A stretch of DNA of 42,794 bases from Candidatus Nealsonbacteria bacterium (GCA_016181985.1 JACOYG010000001.1:1-42794), one strand, 5' to 3'. Numbered from the stretch's first letter, positions 9,953 to 19,545 are shown. Numbers and translations: made by a program. Notes: generated by a model from the sequence alone, not told the origin.

Positions 9953-10087
9953 ATGTCATTCACTTATCAGCCAAAAAAGAAAAAAAGGAAAAGAGTCCAC
10001 GGCTTTATGACCAGACAAAGAACGAAGAATGGCAGAAGGACGATATCCAGGAGTAGAGATAAAAAGAGACGGCGGCTAGCGGTTTAA
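9953..10087 (+). CDS. rpmH: 50S ribosomal protein L34 (44 aa, absent from the ORF track)
   Basis: MSFTYQPKKKKRKRVHGFMTRQRTKNGRRTISRSRDKKRRRLAV; canonical position before rnpA. Confidence 0.95.
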   Translation: MSFTYQPKKKKRKRVHGFMTRQRTKNGRRTISRSRDKKRRRLAV

Positions 10088-10090
10088 TTT

Positions 10091-10166
10091 TTAGGCGCTA
10101 GGGATTAGGGTTTAGCGTCTAGTGAGTTAAGACTAGACGCTAATTAACTAGACGCTAGACGCTAAT
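10091..10166. repeat. TAG-heptamer inverted repeat array (gene-less copy)
   Basis: tagggat tagggtt tagcgtc tagtgag followed by reverse-complement units ctagacg ctaatta ctagacg ctagacg. Confidence 0.8.
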
Positions 10167-10171
10167 ATTTT

Positions 10172-10516
10172 ATGCTGTCTAAGGAAAATCGTCTTAAAAA
10201 TACGAAAGAAATAGAATTGGTTTTTAAGAAAGGGAAAGGATTTAAGGCGGGATTTTTATTCCTTAAATTAGTCAGAAACGATTTAAAGACTAGCAGGTTT
10301 GCCTTTGTTGTGAGCAAAAAAGCCGTCCCGAAGGCCACGGATAGGAATAGAATAAAAAGACGGCTGAGGGATATAGTAAGAAGAAACGCGGCCCGCATAA
10401 AGGCGGGATTTGATTTAGTTATAATCGTCCAAAAAGGGATAGAGAGAGTAAAATTTCAGAAAATTAAAGAAGACGCGGAAGAGATTTTTAAGAAAGCCAA
10501 TTTATGGGATTTTTAG
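10172..10516 (+). CDS. rnpA: Ribonuclease P protein component
   Basis: RFAFVVSKK, RNR motif ATDRNRIKRRLR. Confidence 0.95.
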   Translation: MLSKENRLKNTKEIELVFKKGKGFKAGFLFLKLVRNDLKTSRFAFVVSKKAVPKATDRNRIKRRLRDIVRRNAARIKAGFDLVIIVQKGIERVKFQKIKEDAEEIFKKANLWDF

Positions 10517-11187
10517 GAGATATTTTTAATTTAATATTTTATCAGCCGCTATTAAAAGCGCTGATTCTGATATATAACTACCTCCCCGGCCATGACTTTG
10601 GCATCGCTGTAATTGTTTTGACTCTTTTAATAAAACTCGTTCTTTACCCCTTGGGAGCCAAGGGAATAAAATCTCAAAAAGCTCTTCAGGATCTCCAGCC
10701 AAAAATCAAAGAGCTCCAAGAGAAATTTAAAGACGATAAAAACAGGCAGGCCAAAGAAGTGATGGATCTTTATAGGAGGGAAAAGATAAATCCTTTTTCG
10801 GGATTTTTGCTTTTATTGATACAACTGCCGTTTTTGTTCGCTCTTTTCAAGGTTTTTGGAAATGGAGTTAAAGGAATGAGCGGAATCGATATGACTTTTT
10901 TAGGAACGATAAACCTGGCGCAAGCGTCGGTTGTTTTGGTCATACTCACAGGGCTGGCCCAGTTTTGGCAAGCAAGAATGATGAAACAGCCGCCTTCTTC
11001 AAAGAAGCAATCGGATTTTTCGAACATTATGCAAAAACAAACGATCTACTTTTTTCCTCTTTTTACCGTGTTTATCCTTTGGAAAATGCCTTCCGCTATC
11101 GCTCTTTATTGGCTGACGACAACGCTCTTTACAATTTTTCAGCAATATATTACACTTAGAAAGAATAAAAGCGATGTCGCAAACTAA
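10504..11187 (+). CDS. yidC: Membrane protein insertase YidC (short form)
   Basis: FGIAVIVLTLLIKL.LYPL, LQPKIKELQ, INPFSG..LLIQLP, ALYW; synteny. Confidence 0.92.
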   Translation: MGFLGDIFNLIFYQPLLKALILIYNYLPGHDFGIAVIVLTLLIKLVLYPLGAKGIKSQKALQDLQPKIKELQEKFKDDKNRQAKEVMDLYRREKINPFSGFLLLLIQLPFLFALFKVFGNGVKGMSGIDMTFLGTINLAQASVVLVILTGLAQFWQARMMKQPPSSKKQSDFSNIMQKQTIYFFPLFTVFILWKMPSAIALYWLTTTLFTIFQQYITLRKNKSDVAN

Positions 11188-11644
11188 CACAGAGAAAATT
11201 CAAGACATCATTAAGGAGTTTTTCAGTAAAACCGGAATTGCTCTTGAAGGGATAGAAATAAAAACTCCGCTCGATTCAACTATCCCCATTAATTTAAAAA
11301 TGGAGGAGCCTCAGACTTTAATCGGCGAAGGAGGGCAGACCCTCATGGAAGTGCAGCGTCTCTTGAAGATGGTTTTGCAGAGGAAAATTGCCTCGGACGC
11401 CCATTTTTATATCGACCTGGACATTAACGATTATAAGAAGAAAAAGACCAATTATTTGAAGGAAATGGCCAGATCGACCGCCGACGAGGTGTCTTTGGTT
11501 AAAAAAGAAAAATATCTGCCGGCAATGTCAGCTTACGACAGGAGGGTCGTTCATGTGGAGTTGGCCTCCAGGCAGGATATTGTGACCGAAAGCGTGGGCT
11601 ATGATCCGGAAAGAAAGGTGGTTATCAGGCCGCGGCTTCTTTAG
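11174..11644 (+). CDS. jag: Jag/EloR-like KH-R3H RNA-binding protein
   Basis: LIGEGGQTL, DINDY, R3H motif DRRVVH, TESVG.DPER.VVI. Confidence 0.88.
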   Translation: MSQTNTEKIQDIIKEFFSKTGIALEGIEIKTPLDSTIPINLKMEEPQTLIGEGGQTLMEVQRLLKMVLQRKIASDAHFYIDLDINDYKKKKTNYLKEMARSTADEVSLVKKEKYLPAMSAYDRRVVHVELASRQDIVTESVGYDPERKVVIRPRLL

Positions 11645-13418
11645 CCGCTTTTTTTATTTCTCTTAATTCTTTAACTTCTTCGGGGGCCGTGGTAATGAAT
11701 TTATTCTCGGCATCGGAAGCCACCACTTTTAAGGCGACATGTTTTTGTCCGGCGAAGAAAAGCCCCTCCCCCACCTGCGCGCCGGTGAGTAATTCTTTTT
11801 CCCAATCCGTCAGGTTGAATGTTTTTTGAACAACGCCGGCGGTTGAAGGGCTCTGTTTCATTAAAAATTGCAGAGAAGAGTTTGAAATTATCGGCTGGCC
11901 GTATTCCGATCTCATGAAATCGCTGACGTCCTGGGTGATTGTGGTCACTCCCAGCCAGTATTTTCTGGCCCTTTTGACTAATCCGAAAAGGAAAGACGCT
12001 CCGTCTTCGGAATGCATCAGCCACCAGGCCTCGTCAACCACCATAATCCTCTTTTTCAATTCGGAGCGTATTTTGTTCCAAATATAACGGGTGATGATAT
12101 ACATCGCCATGGGGCGCAACCCCTCTTCCATGTCTCTGATGCCAAAAGCCACGAAAGTATTATCCATTTTAACGGTAGACGGCTTATTAAAGAAATTAGC
12201 GTAAGTTCCTTTGGTGTATTTTCTGACGCGCCTTACCAAAGACTCGGTTCCTTCCATGGTGTTTAATACTGCTTCCATGTCGGACATTAAAGGCGGCTCG
12301 GCTTGAGAGAAATCTGAGGCAGGCGTGATATCTTTAGCCGCGTAAGTTTCGGTAATCGCCCGATCCATAATGGCATCTTCTTCGGGGGTGAGCCCGCCGA
12401 GCATTAAACGCATCAATCCTACCAAGTTGATAATATTTGACCTTAGTATGTCTTCGGGTTTTTCGTCTTCTCGCGGGATGGGCAAATCAAAGGGATTGAT
12501 ATGATGAGGGCTGGCCAGAGACATTTTAAAATAAGAGCCGCCGACCGCGTCTGATAATGATTCGTACTCGTTTTCGGGGTCGACAACAATAACATCCGTG
12601 CCCAGCATTAAAGAACGAAGAATTTCCACTTTAACGAAATAGCTCTTTCCGGAACCGGACTGGGCAAAAATCACCATATTGGCATTGGGCATGGAAAATC
12701 TGTCGAATAAAACCAAAGAGTTGTTGTGTTGGTTTATGCCGTAAAGAATGCCTTCGTTCGAGCTTAAGTCAAAAGAGACAAAAGGAAAAATACTGGATAA
12801 GGGGCCGGTGTTCATCGGCACATTGACGTCTAGCTGGTCCAAACCATAAGGAGAAGTTGAAACAAATCCCTCTTTTTGCTGGTAAAGAGAGGGCTTAATG
12901 TATATTAATTTTGATTCCAACATTGATCTAAGAGTGGTTTCAATGCTGTCCAATTCCTGCTCTTGGTCGGCGTAGACGGTCAAATAGAGCCCCAGCCTAA
13001 ACATTCTCTCTTGGGCAGTTTGAAGGCGGTCTCTTAGCTCTTCAATGTCCCTGTAGGCGGTTTCCAGGGCAGGATCCCTGACCAGGCCCTTGGATTCTCT
13101 TTCCATCAGCTCGGCCTGGATCTCCGTTACTCTTTTTCGCAGTTGTTTTAGAATCAAGCCGGCTTCAATGGGATGGATGAAAAAAGAGATATCCATCGGC
13201 ATATCTAAATTAATAATAGGAGAGAACCAGCCGGCCGTAAGATACCGAGGATAAGAGAAGATAAAATAAGAGCGGGCGAATCTCTCGCTTAATTTCAAGC
13301 TGGACTGATTTACTTCAATCGAAGCGGGCGCCACAATGTCCACCGCTCTGATCGCCTCGGTTTCAAAAATCTCTTCTTCCGGTATTTCTGTTTTTTTCTT
13401 TTTATTGAATAATTTCAT
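11625..13418 (-). CDS. VirB4/TraC-like ATPase (T4SS/conjugation-type)
   Basis: Walker A AQSGSGKS, VDPENEY, Walker B VVDEAW, KRARKY..G..TITQD. Confidence 0.9.
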   Translation of the reverse strand: MKLFNKKKKTEIPEEEIFETEAIRAVDIVAPASIEVNQSSLKLSERFARSYFIFSYPRYLTAGWFSPIINLDMPMDISFFIHPIEAGLILKQLRKRVTEIQAELMERESKGLVRDPALETAYRDIEELRDRLQTAQERMFRLGLYLTVYADQEQELDSIETTLRSMLESKLIYIKPSLYQQKEGFVSTSPYGLDQLDVNVPMNTGPLSSIFPFVSFDLSSNEGILYGINQHNNSLVLFDRFSMPNANMVIFAQSGSGKSYFVKVEILRSLMLGTDVIVVDPENEYESLSDAVGGSYFKMSLASPHHINPFDLPIPREDEKPEDILRSNIINLVGLMRLMLGGLTPEEDAIMDRAITETYAAKDITPASDFSQAEPPLMSDMEAVLNTMEGTESLVRRVRKYTKGTYANFFNKPSTVKMDNTFVAFGIRDMEEGLRPMAMYIITRYIWNKIRSELKKRIMVVDEAWWLMHSEDGASFLFGLVKRARKYWLGVTTITQDVSDFMRSEYGQPIISNSSLQFLMKQSPSTAGVVQKTFNLTDWEKELLTGAQVGEGLFFAGQKHVALKVVASDAENKFITTAPEEVKELREIKKAAKEAAA

Positions 13419-13419
13419 G

Positions 13420-13497
13420 TTTAGTGCTTAGTGAATTAGCGTCTAGCGTTTAGTGAATTAGCGTTTAATTCTAACTCACTAGACGCTAGACCCTAGC
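13420..13497. repeat. TAG-heptamer inverted repeat array (gene-less copy)
   Basis: tagtgct tagtgaat tagcgtc tagcgtt tagtgaat tagcgtt, then ctaactca ctagacg ctagacc ctag. Confidence 0.85.
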
Positions 13498-13499
13498 CG

Positions 13500-14159
13500 C
13501 TACTTTGCCAGTTCCGGAGGAATTTCAGGGTAATAGCCGACTTCGGCTTGCTTCGGGTGGTGCAAGCTCCAAAAAAGCTCAACAATCTCAGGCGTAGTCA
13601 AGGGCATGGCCTGAAGTCCGCATCTTCTTAACCCCAAGGCCACGAATTCCATTCTCTGCCATAATTGCTGTTTGGCCATCTGAAACTTTTCTTCGGTCAA
13701 AATGGGCAGCTGTGGCGTTCTTAAGAGCTTACCAGCATCGGCTCCTTTAGTTTCCAATAAAGTAAAAGGCACCACCACAAAAAAGTTTTTTGACATGATT
13801 TCTCCATATCTCCCGACCGGCGGAGCGCCCGAAACCACATCTTCGATAAATTTTCGGTACGCCGTAGTCTGGATTTTAAGAAGTTCGTTGGTTTGTTTCG
13901 CTTCCAGCGCCTTAATGCCGTCTATATAGCCGGTTATATTAAGCCGGCGCGATTGGATGATAATTTGCAAATCAAAATCCAGAGAATTTAAAAATTCCTG
14001 GAACTGATAAATAATGGAAGATTGCTCTTCGTCCGACTTTAAAGCGAAATTCAAAGAAGAAACCATCATAATGGCTCTCAATGCCTTGTTTTTCAGAATG
14101 GCTACGCCTTCTCTTATCTGTTCTATTTCCAAGAAATCTTGTGTGGATGAAACTTGCAT
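13500..14159 (-). CDS. VirB4-associated protein (TraC/VirB4 N-terminal-like)
   Basis: STQDFLEIEQIREG, VSSLNFALKS.EEQ, FLNSL.F..QI.IQSRR; between prgI-like and virB4-like genes. Confidence 0.7.
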   Translation of the reverse strand: MQVSSTQDFLEIEQIREGVAILKNKALRAIMMVSSLNFALKSDEEQSSIIYQFQEFLNSLDFDLQIIIQSRRLNITGYIDGIKALEAKQTNELLKIQTTAYRKFIEDVVSGAPPVGRYGEIMSKNFFVVVPFTLLETKGADAGKLLRTPQLPILTEEKFQMAKQQLWQRMEFVALGLRRCGLQAMPLTTPEIVELFWSLHHPKQAEVGYYPEIPPELAK

Positions 14160-14163
14160 AATG

Positions 14164-14211
14164 TTGAAATTGTTCGATTTGAAATTGTTCGATTTCGTAA
14201 ATCGAACAATT
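14164..14211. repeat. Tandem plus inverted repeat at a gene junction
   Basis: ttgaaattgttcgat x2, followed by hairpin aattgttcgattt-cgt-aaatcgaacaatt. Confidence 0.7.
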
Positions 14212-14614
14212 AGTGTCCGACCTGGTCGGAAAGGTCTTTTAGCTTGCTCTTCCCCACCGCCGTGGGCACCGGGCTTTCTCTAATTCCCGCAGCTTCCGGT
14301 TTTTTAGCCTGGATTAATTTTAAAGGTGGCCCCACTTTTTTCTTCCAGAGATATATTTTGGGCCGCATGCGGTAAATAAAAATATTTTTAATGACTACGG
14401 GCAGGGGCCTGCCGTTGGATTTTCCAAAAGCCAATATGGCGGCGAAAGAAAAAATGACAAGCGACGCCATGATAAAGAAAAAAAAGTGTATGGTGAAATA
14501 AAGAACAAAGCAAATTGCCCCGGCTGTTCCGACATAAATAAACTGTTGAAAAGTCATGGGGCCTATCACCTTGGCCTTCTCCTCAATAAATTGTGGCACG
14601 GTAAATTGATCCAT
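14210..14614 (-). CDS. PrgI family membrane protein (VirB3-like)
   Basis: QFTVPQFIE..AKVIGPMTF.QF, two TM helices, NGRP. Confidence 0.85.
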   Translation of the reverse strand: MDQFTVPQFIEEKAKVIGPMTFQQFIYVGTAGAICFVLYFTIHFFFFIMASLVIFSFAAILAFGKSNGRPLPVVIKNIFIYRMRPKIYLWKKKVGPPLKLIQAKKPEAAGIRESPVPTAVGKSKLKDLSDQVGH

Positions 14615-14618
14615 TATT

Positions 14619-14654
14619 TTAGTGAGTTAGCGTCTAGCGTTTAGTGAGTTAGTG
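14619..14654. repeat. TAG-heptamer array, left arm of the four-helix-bundle gene
   Basis: tagtgagt tagcgtc tagcgtt tagtgagt tagtgaa. Confidence 0.8.
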
Positions 14655-15026
14655 AACGGGCGGTTTATTTTCTAATTTATTAATTAAAACATTCAACATT
14701 TTTTGTATTTCTTCCAACAGCGCGTTAGCGGCTTGGGATTTAATATTCGGATATAATTCTTCGCCGATTATCAATTGCGTTTCCAGTTCGGCAGAAGAAC
14801 CATAGCTGATTCTCAAAAATTGCAAAAATTCTTTCCGATTTTTTCTTAAATAACCTTCGGCAATGTTCGAAGGGATGGATACTGCCGCCCGTCGCATTTG
14901 GTTTGATAGCCCGTAGGTTTCATCCTTAGGAAAGCCGCTCGTTAATTCGTATACTTTCTTAACTAAGCCAATAGATTTTTGCCATACCGTTAAATCCTTG
15001 TAAGATTTTAAATACATAACAGTCAC
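14649..15026 (-). CDS. Four helix bundle protein (23S rRNA-IVP / bAvd-like family)
   Basis: SYKDL.VWQKS, FP.DE.YGL..QMRRAAVSIPSNIAEG, GSSAELETQL. Confidence 0.92.
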   Translation of the reverse strand: MTVMYLKSYKDLTVWQKSIGLVKKVYELTSGFPKDETYGLSNQMRRAAVSIPSNIAEGYLRKNRKEFLQFLRISYGSSAELETQLIIGEELYPNIKSQAANALLEEIQKMLNVLINKLENKPPVH

Positions 15027-15082
15027 TAAACGCTAATTCACTAAACACCGGTTCACTAGACGCTGACTCACTAGACGCTAAC
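15023..15082. repeat. TAG-heptamer array (inverted), right arm of the four-helix-bundle gene
   Basis: cactaaa cgctaat tcactaaa ... tcactaga cgctgac tcactaga cgctaac, the reverse complement of the left-arm units. Confidence 0.8.
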
Positions 15083-15085
15083 TTA

Positions 15086-15550
15086 CTACACAATGGGTTC
15101 ATGATAAACGTCTTTGCCCCGCGGCCTTGGCGGCTCCTCCCTTATTGGTTCTTCCTTGGCGGGAAGTGTCGTTGTTTTTTCTATTTCTGTTGGCTTGGCC
15201 TTATCGATTATTTGATTTTTAAGATCGTCCGCCATTTTTTGCGCTTCTTTTTTTGAGATGTTCAAACTTTTCCCTAATAATTCCGGCAAATCTTTAAATG
15301 AAATTTTACCTTCCACGCAATTCATGACTAATCCCGATATTTTAGTCCCGGGCAGATTTTCAAAGATTCTGCTTCTTTCGCTCGGGGCATTAAGACCGGT
15401 TGATTCAATAAATTTTTTAATACCCTCGTCTTGATCTTTTTGTAGTCCATATTCTTCCAGTAATTTGGTGATTATTAAACTGCTTTCTTCCGGAATGTCA
15501 AAATCTCTCGTTTTTTCTAAGATTTCATTATCGCTATTTTTGTTTATCAT
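15086..15550 (-). CDS. Hypothetical protein of the T4SS-like cluster
   Basis: 154 aa ORF in the operon; C-terminus KDVYHEPIV resembles the D.Y.EP ending seen in CPR hypotheticals. Confidence 0.7.
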   Translation of the reverse strand: MINKNSDNEILEKTRDFDIPEESSLIITKLLEEYGLQKDQDEGIKKFIESTGLNAPSERSRIFENLPGTKISGLVMNCVEGKISFKDLPELLGKSLNISKKEAQKMADDLKNQIIDKAKPTEIEKTTTLPAKEEPIREEPPRPRGKDVYHEPIV

Positions 15551-15559
15551 AACTTTATA

Positions 15560-17401
15560 TTAAACTTTCCACTTCGGGTTTGTCGACATTTTTTTGATTT
15601 GCTTTCCAAGGCCAATAGGAAGACTCGTGGCGTTGTTTAACGTTTTAAGAATCTCCTTTTTAATCTCGGGTTTTGCGTGCCGTGTTATATCCTCAAATTT
15701 TGCGTCATCTTCCAATATATGGACGACCACTTCGCTGTTTTGATATGCTTCTTTCTGTGTCTTTTCCAAAAGATCCTTAGTGGTCATTTTATCTAACGCC
15801 TCGATAATTGTTTTGCCTATTTTCGGAGCCAGGTCCGGTCTCCTTTCCATAATTTTATCCGGACTGACTCCCTTTCTGACCGCTTCCGCGATAAATTTTT
15901 CTTCATTTGCGCCGATTTTCCCTTCCTTGGTTATAATATCTATAATAGCCGCTATCTTACCGGAGCTGCGAGCTATTTTTTTAGAGTCTTCTTTTAACAA
16001 TTCGGCCTGCAAATAATTTCTTCTATCTTCAGTATCTTTTGGAGCCCTCTTAAGTATTCTTGCTTTATCTTCCGCAAGAGTAGCTTCTTCTATTGATCGG
16101 ATCTTGGCTTGGGCGATTTCGCGTCTCCTGGTCCATGCCCCCAGCTGGGATTGTTCTCTCGGCGTAATGGTGCCGGCTGCTTCCTTCGCCTTTAATGGCG
16201 TAATTATTCTCTCCGCCGCCTTAGCTCTTTCGCCTTCTTGCCATGTCCTACCTCTTAGCGTGGCTTGTTTCGCTTTTCCGGCTAAGTAGCCGGTGCCTCC
16301 AGATATTGCCATGCCCCCTAATTTCCAAAAGTCGTCCATTGCGGCCGGGCTCATTTTTTTAGCGATAGTTAAAGTAAAGACTAAATAAACAATCAAAAAA
16401 ATGAACTTCGAATAATCGGCAGCAAGATTAGTGCCCCTTATATTAAAAGCCGTTGCCGGAGCCACGGCAGCAAAAAATTTTAATCCCAAACCCATTACGA
16501 AAAAAACCACAACTCCCAAAAATGTCCACTGGAATAAGGCTCCGAGCCATTGGCGAAAATATTTTTGGGTTTGAGGCAGTATATAGGCCGCAAAAGCCAA
16601 GGGGGCCGAAACGGCTAATAACCAAATAATGGCTATTCTTAATAAAAACAACAAAGCATAGACCAAGAAAACGAGCCCGCCGACAATACTGAATGCCCCT
16701 AAAATAAATGTTTCGCTGAATGTTCCGAATAGGCCCTCTCCTAAAACTGCTGTGCCAAAAAATATCAAGCGCGCTACGTTGGCGAATGGGATTAAGGCGA
16801 CGATATAGTATGGCGCAAAAAACCAAGCGGCATACTCACCCACGGCTTTTGCTGCGGCTCCGGCCATTTGGCTGGCAATCGGTACCGCCATTCCGGCGGT
16901 TCCAAAAAAAGATTGCTTGAATGCATTTTGGACAACCCACCCCATATCAGCCACCATTTTGACCAAGAGTAAGCTAAAATTAACCAAGAGGGCTATGACG
17001 ATTAATCTGGGCAGGGCTTTTTTCATCCCAACATTTTCAGCTTTGAAGATGTAGGAGATGGCAATAAAAATAAAAATTAAAATAAAAGACATGTTTACCA
17101 GTCCGCTTGTAAAATGCCAACCGGCATTTACCAGGTCATTATTTAACCCTACGGGCAAGGATGACGCCCAATCCAAGAAGGCGGCTGAAAAAGAAATAAA
17201 GAATCCCCCCGCCAAGGCAAACATTAATAGATAAAAAAGCCAGGCTACGATCCGATCCAGAAAGTCTAGAGCGTCTAATTGCATTGAAGCCAGCGACGGG
17301 ATAACGTCAAAAAAAGCGTTGGCTTGCTGTAAACAAAAGAAAAGTCCAAAAAAGATAAGAAAAAAAACCGGAATTTTATTAAATCTAAAGATTTTCCTCA
17401 T
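15560..17401 (-). CDS. VirB6/TrbL-like polytopic membrane protein
   Basis: GW....LVN..FI, LPRLIVIALLVNFSL, LLRIAIIWLL...APLAF...ILPQT, multiple TMs, charged C-terminal tail. Confidence 0.75.
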   Translation of the reverse strand: MRKIFRFNKIPVFFLIFFGLFFCLQQANAFFDVIPSLASMQLDALDFLDRIVAWLFYLLMFALAGGFFISFSAAFLDWASSLPVGLNNDLVNAGWHFTSGLVNMSFILIFIFIAISYIFKAENVGMKKALPRLIVIALLVNFSLLLVKMVADMGWVVQNAFKQSFFGTAGMAVPIASQMAGAAAKAVGEYAAWFFAPYYIVALIPFANVARLIFFGTAVLGEGLFGTFSETFILGAFSIVGGLVFLVYALLFLLRIAIIWLLAVSAPLAFAAYILPQTQKYFRQWLGALFQWTFLGVVVFFVMGLGLKFFAAVAPATAFNIRGTNLAADYSKFIFLIVYLVFTLTIAKKMSPAAMDDFWKLGGMAISGGTGYLAGKAKQATLRGRTWQEGERAKAAERIITPLKAKEAAGTITPREQSQLGAWTRRREIAQAKIRSIEEATLAEDKARILKRAPKDTEDRRNYLQAELLKEDSKKIARSSGKIAAIIDIITKEGKIGANEEKFIAEAVRKGVSPDKIMERRPDLAPKIGKTIIEALDKMTTKDLLEKTQKEAYQNSEVVVHILEDDAKFEDITRHAKPEIKKEILKTLNNATSLPIGLGKQIKKMSTNPKWKV

Positions 17402-18786
17402 TAATATTGAAGATTAATCATTTTAACCGATCTAAAAAATGTTTCTCCGAAAGCTGACATGTCCCTAACCTCTTTAGAAACAACCACGGGCGGGTTGTCG
17501 GAATTCGCTCGGTAATTATCCAAAGAGTATAAAATCAATTGACAACTCCCTTCGGATTGTACCGACTTGACAGTTTCATTCAGGATTGGCACTCCGTTTT
17601 CCGGACCCTTAAGCGTCATAATTGGATTGGTATATTTAATGTCTCTATAAAGAGTCGATTCTTTACAATCGCCGCCTTGCTCTTCCTTCGGAAGGCTAAA
17701 CCCGATTTTCCATTCTTCTTGGTTGCCGGGCAGTTCCGGCATTTTTAATTTAGTTAATTGCGGATTAATAGTGTTGAGAATAAGGACTGAACCCAAAAGT
17801 AAAACCAAGCCCAAACCGGCGGACCTAATTCTGTCCATGGCTTCCTTCATCTTCCCGGCGTTACCGGCCGAAGTAAGATATTGGACTCCGGCTATAACTA
17901 AAGCAATAAAAGCAGCAAATCCGCCCAAAGAAATTCCCCAGTCATATATATATTTAATTAATCCGGGGATGTCGGTTTTTTCATTTAGTTTTGATCTGAG
18001 GGGTGAGTCAGGCCATGCAATTTCTAGCTTTCCGGTAGTTGATCCTGCGCCCGTGCCAGTCCCAGCCCCAGAAGTTCCCGGAGGCGGAGGACCAGCTATT
18101 TCGAAGGAATATGATTTATCACCAAATTTGCCCTTACTGTCTGTCGCCGTTATTGTGACTTGGTAGGTACCACCGAATGCGGGCGCTCCTTCTAATATTC
18201 CCTCGGAATTAAATTTTTCACCGGATTTTCCAAAAGATAGCCCGGGAGGGAGAGTGCCCTGGCCGCCCCACTTATAAGGAGGAGCGCCGTCAGTGGCCTG
18301 AAATTTTATTGTAAGATATTGATTTGCGGTTCCAGTGATGGGAGATGCTGGAGAAATAATATTTGGCGGCTTAGCCGATGCCGTGCCAGGAGCCGGCGCA
18401 GTGGCGGGAGCGATATTAATTGAGAAAGGTATTGTTCCAAAATTTCCTTGCGAATCTTCCAAAAATAACCTGAAAGCAAAACTCCCATCAAGATCGGGCG
18501 TTCCTTCGAGCAAGCCCGACAATTTGTTTACAGATAATCCACGAGGTAATGTTGTTTGATAACCCGATGGAATAGAGCCGGTGGGAGCTTGGACAACCGC
18601 GTTTTTATAAGGCAATAAAACGGAAGGGAAATATTTTTGTAAATTTTCTGAATAAGGGATGAATATTTTACCGTCATGCAGGGCGGTATAGCCAGACACA
18701 GGGCTCACTTGGCTAAAAACATTATTAATGCCGAAAAAAGCCGTGCCGATAATTATAAAAAATAAAATATAAAAAGATTTTTTCAT
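17401..18786 (-). CDS. Pilin-like (VirB2/TrbC-type) protein with putative Ig domains and a C-terminal beta/gamma-crystallin-like domain
   Basis: Signal peptide from ATG 18786; LP.GLS....G.LEG.P repeats; AGVQYLTSAG...AMDRI..A.LGL.LL...LIL..INPQL; LY.DIKY...KSV...GSCQL.LY..DNY. Confidence 0.7.
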   Translation of the reverse strand: MKKSFYILFFIIIGTAFFGINNVFSQVSPVSGYTALHDGKIFIPYSENLQKYFPSVLLPYKNAVVQAPTGSIPSGYQTTLPRGLSVNKLSGLLEGTPDLDGSFAFRLFLEDSQGNFGTIPFSINIAPATAPAPGTASAKPPNIISPASPITGTANQYLTIKFQATDGAPPYKWGGQGTLPPGLSFGKSGEKFNSEGILEGAPAFGGTYQVTITATDSKGKFGDKSYSFEIAGPPPPGTSGAGTGTGAGSTTGKLEIAWPDSPLRSKLNEKTDIPGLIKYIYDWGISLGGFAAFIALVIAGVQYLTSAGNAGKMKEAMDRIRSAGLGLVLLLGSVLILNTINPQLTKLKMPELPGNQEEWKIGFSLPKEEQGGDCKESTLYRDIKYTNPIMTLKGPENGVPILNETVKSVQSEGSCQLILYSLDNYRANSDNPPVVVSKEVRDMSAFGETFFRSVKMINLQY

Positions 18787-18918
18787 ACCCCTGCTTATAT
18801 TATTGCCGCTTCGCGGCATAATTTTCTCCTTATTTATAATTATACCACTTTTATTGTTGTAAATGAACTGTGGAAAACAAAAGAGACCTAATTTAGTTAG
18901 GTCTCTTTTCTTAATCAT

Positions 18919-19545
18919 TTAGCTTACCTTCCTGGCGTGATACAGCACGATGCCGGTTTGCTTTTTGCCGTATACGTCAGGCAGGACGATCGATCCTGCA
19001 TATTCCCCGCGCATTATAATCATATCGCCTTTTTGCAGTCTGCCGCCGGTGAACGGTAGTATGTCGGAGCTAGATCTTTCGATCTTTGCCATCAGTACTG
19101 TGCCGTTAACCTTTGGCCCGAAGAAAAAATAGAAGTAGAGGGGGTCTCCGTTGAACAAATCCCCTTCGTAGATTGCGGAAACATTAACAACGTCTCCGTT
19201 TTTGTATTTGCCGGCCTGAGCGTTAGCAATGAATTCCTCTGCGGTCATAATGCCATTTGGTGCCACAGTCGGCATGGGAGTCGGTGTCAGCGGCGTTTTA
19301 GTTGGGTTCGGCGTCGGGGCGTTTGCTGGCATGGCCGTCGGCGCAGTCGTTGGTGTGGCTGGCGTTGGCTTCACCGTCGGCGTCGTCGTAGGCGCAGCGG
19401 TCGGTACCACGGTCGGCGCTGGCGTCGCAGTCGGCGTTGGCTCGGGTTTCCCCTCGAAAAAGCCAGCGCTTAAAGCGGTGTAGGCGAATACTGACGCCGC
19501 GATTATGACGGCGACAATGATCCATATCAACTTTTTCTTGTTCAC
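18919..19545 (-). CDS. Membrane-anchored Pro/Thr-rich protein with possible OB-fold C-terminus
   Basis: GTG start with SD gaggagg; own promoter TTGACA(19601-19606)-17-TATAAT(19578-19583); PT-rich linker; LQKGD.I..RG. Confidence 0.75.
   Translation of the reverse strand: MNKKKLIWIIVAVIIAASVFAYTALSAGFFEGKPEPTPTATPAPTVVPTAAPTTTPTVKPTPATPTTAPTAMPANAPTPNPTKTPLTPTPMPTVAPNGIMTAEEFIANAQAGKYKNGDVVNVSAIYEGDLFNGDPLYFYFFFGPKVNGTVLMAKIERSSSDILPFTGGRLQKGDMIIMRGEYAGSIVLPDVYGKKQTGIVLYHARKVS

Noticed and set aside
14649..15026. Diversity-generating retroelement (Avd-like gene)
   Set aside because: No reverse transcriptase and no TR/VR pair differing at adenines was seen in the window.
10091..15082. Repeat arrays as a CRISPR array
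   Set aside because: Units are 7-8 nt with no unique spacers, and no cas genes are present.
18787..18918. N-terminal extension of the 505 aa ORF
   Set aside because: It contains a -10 box and a palindromic element; the signal peptide begins at ATG 18786.
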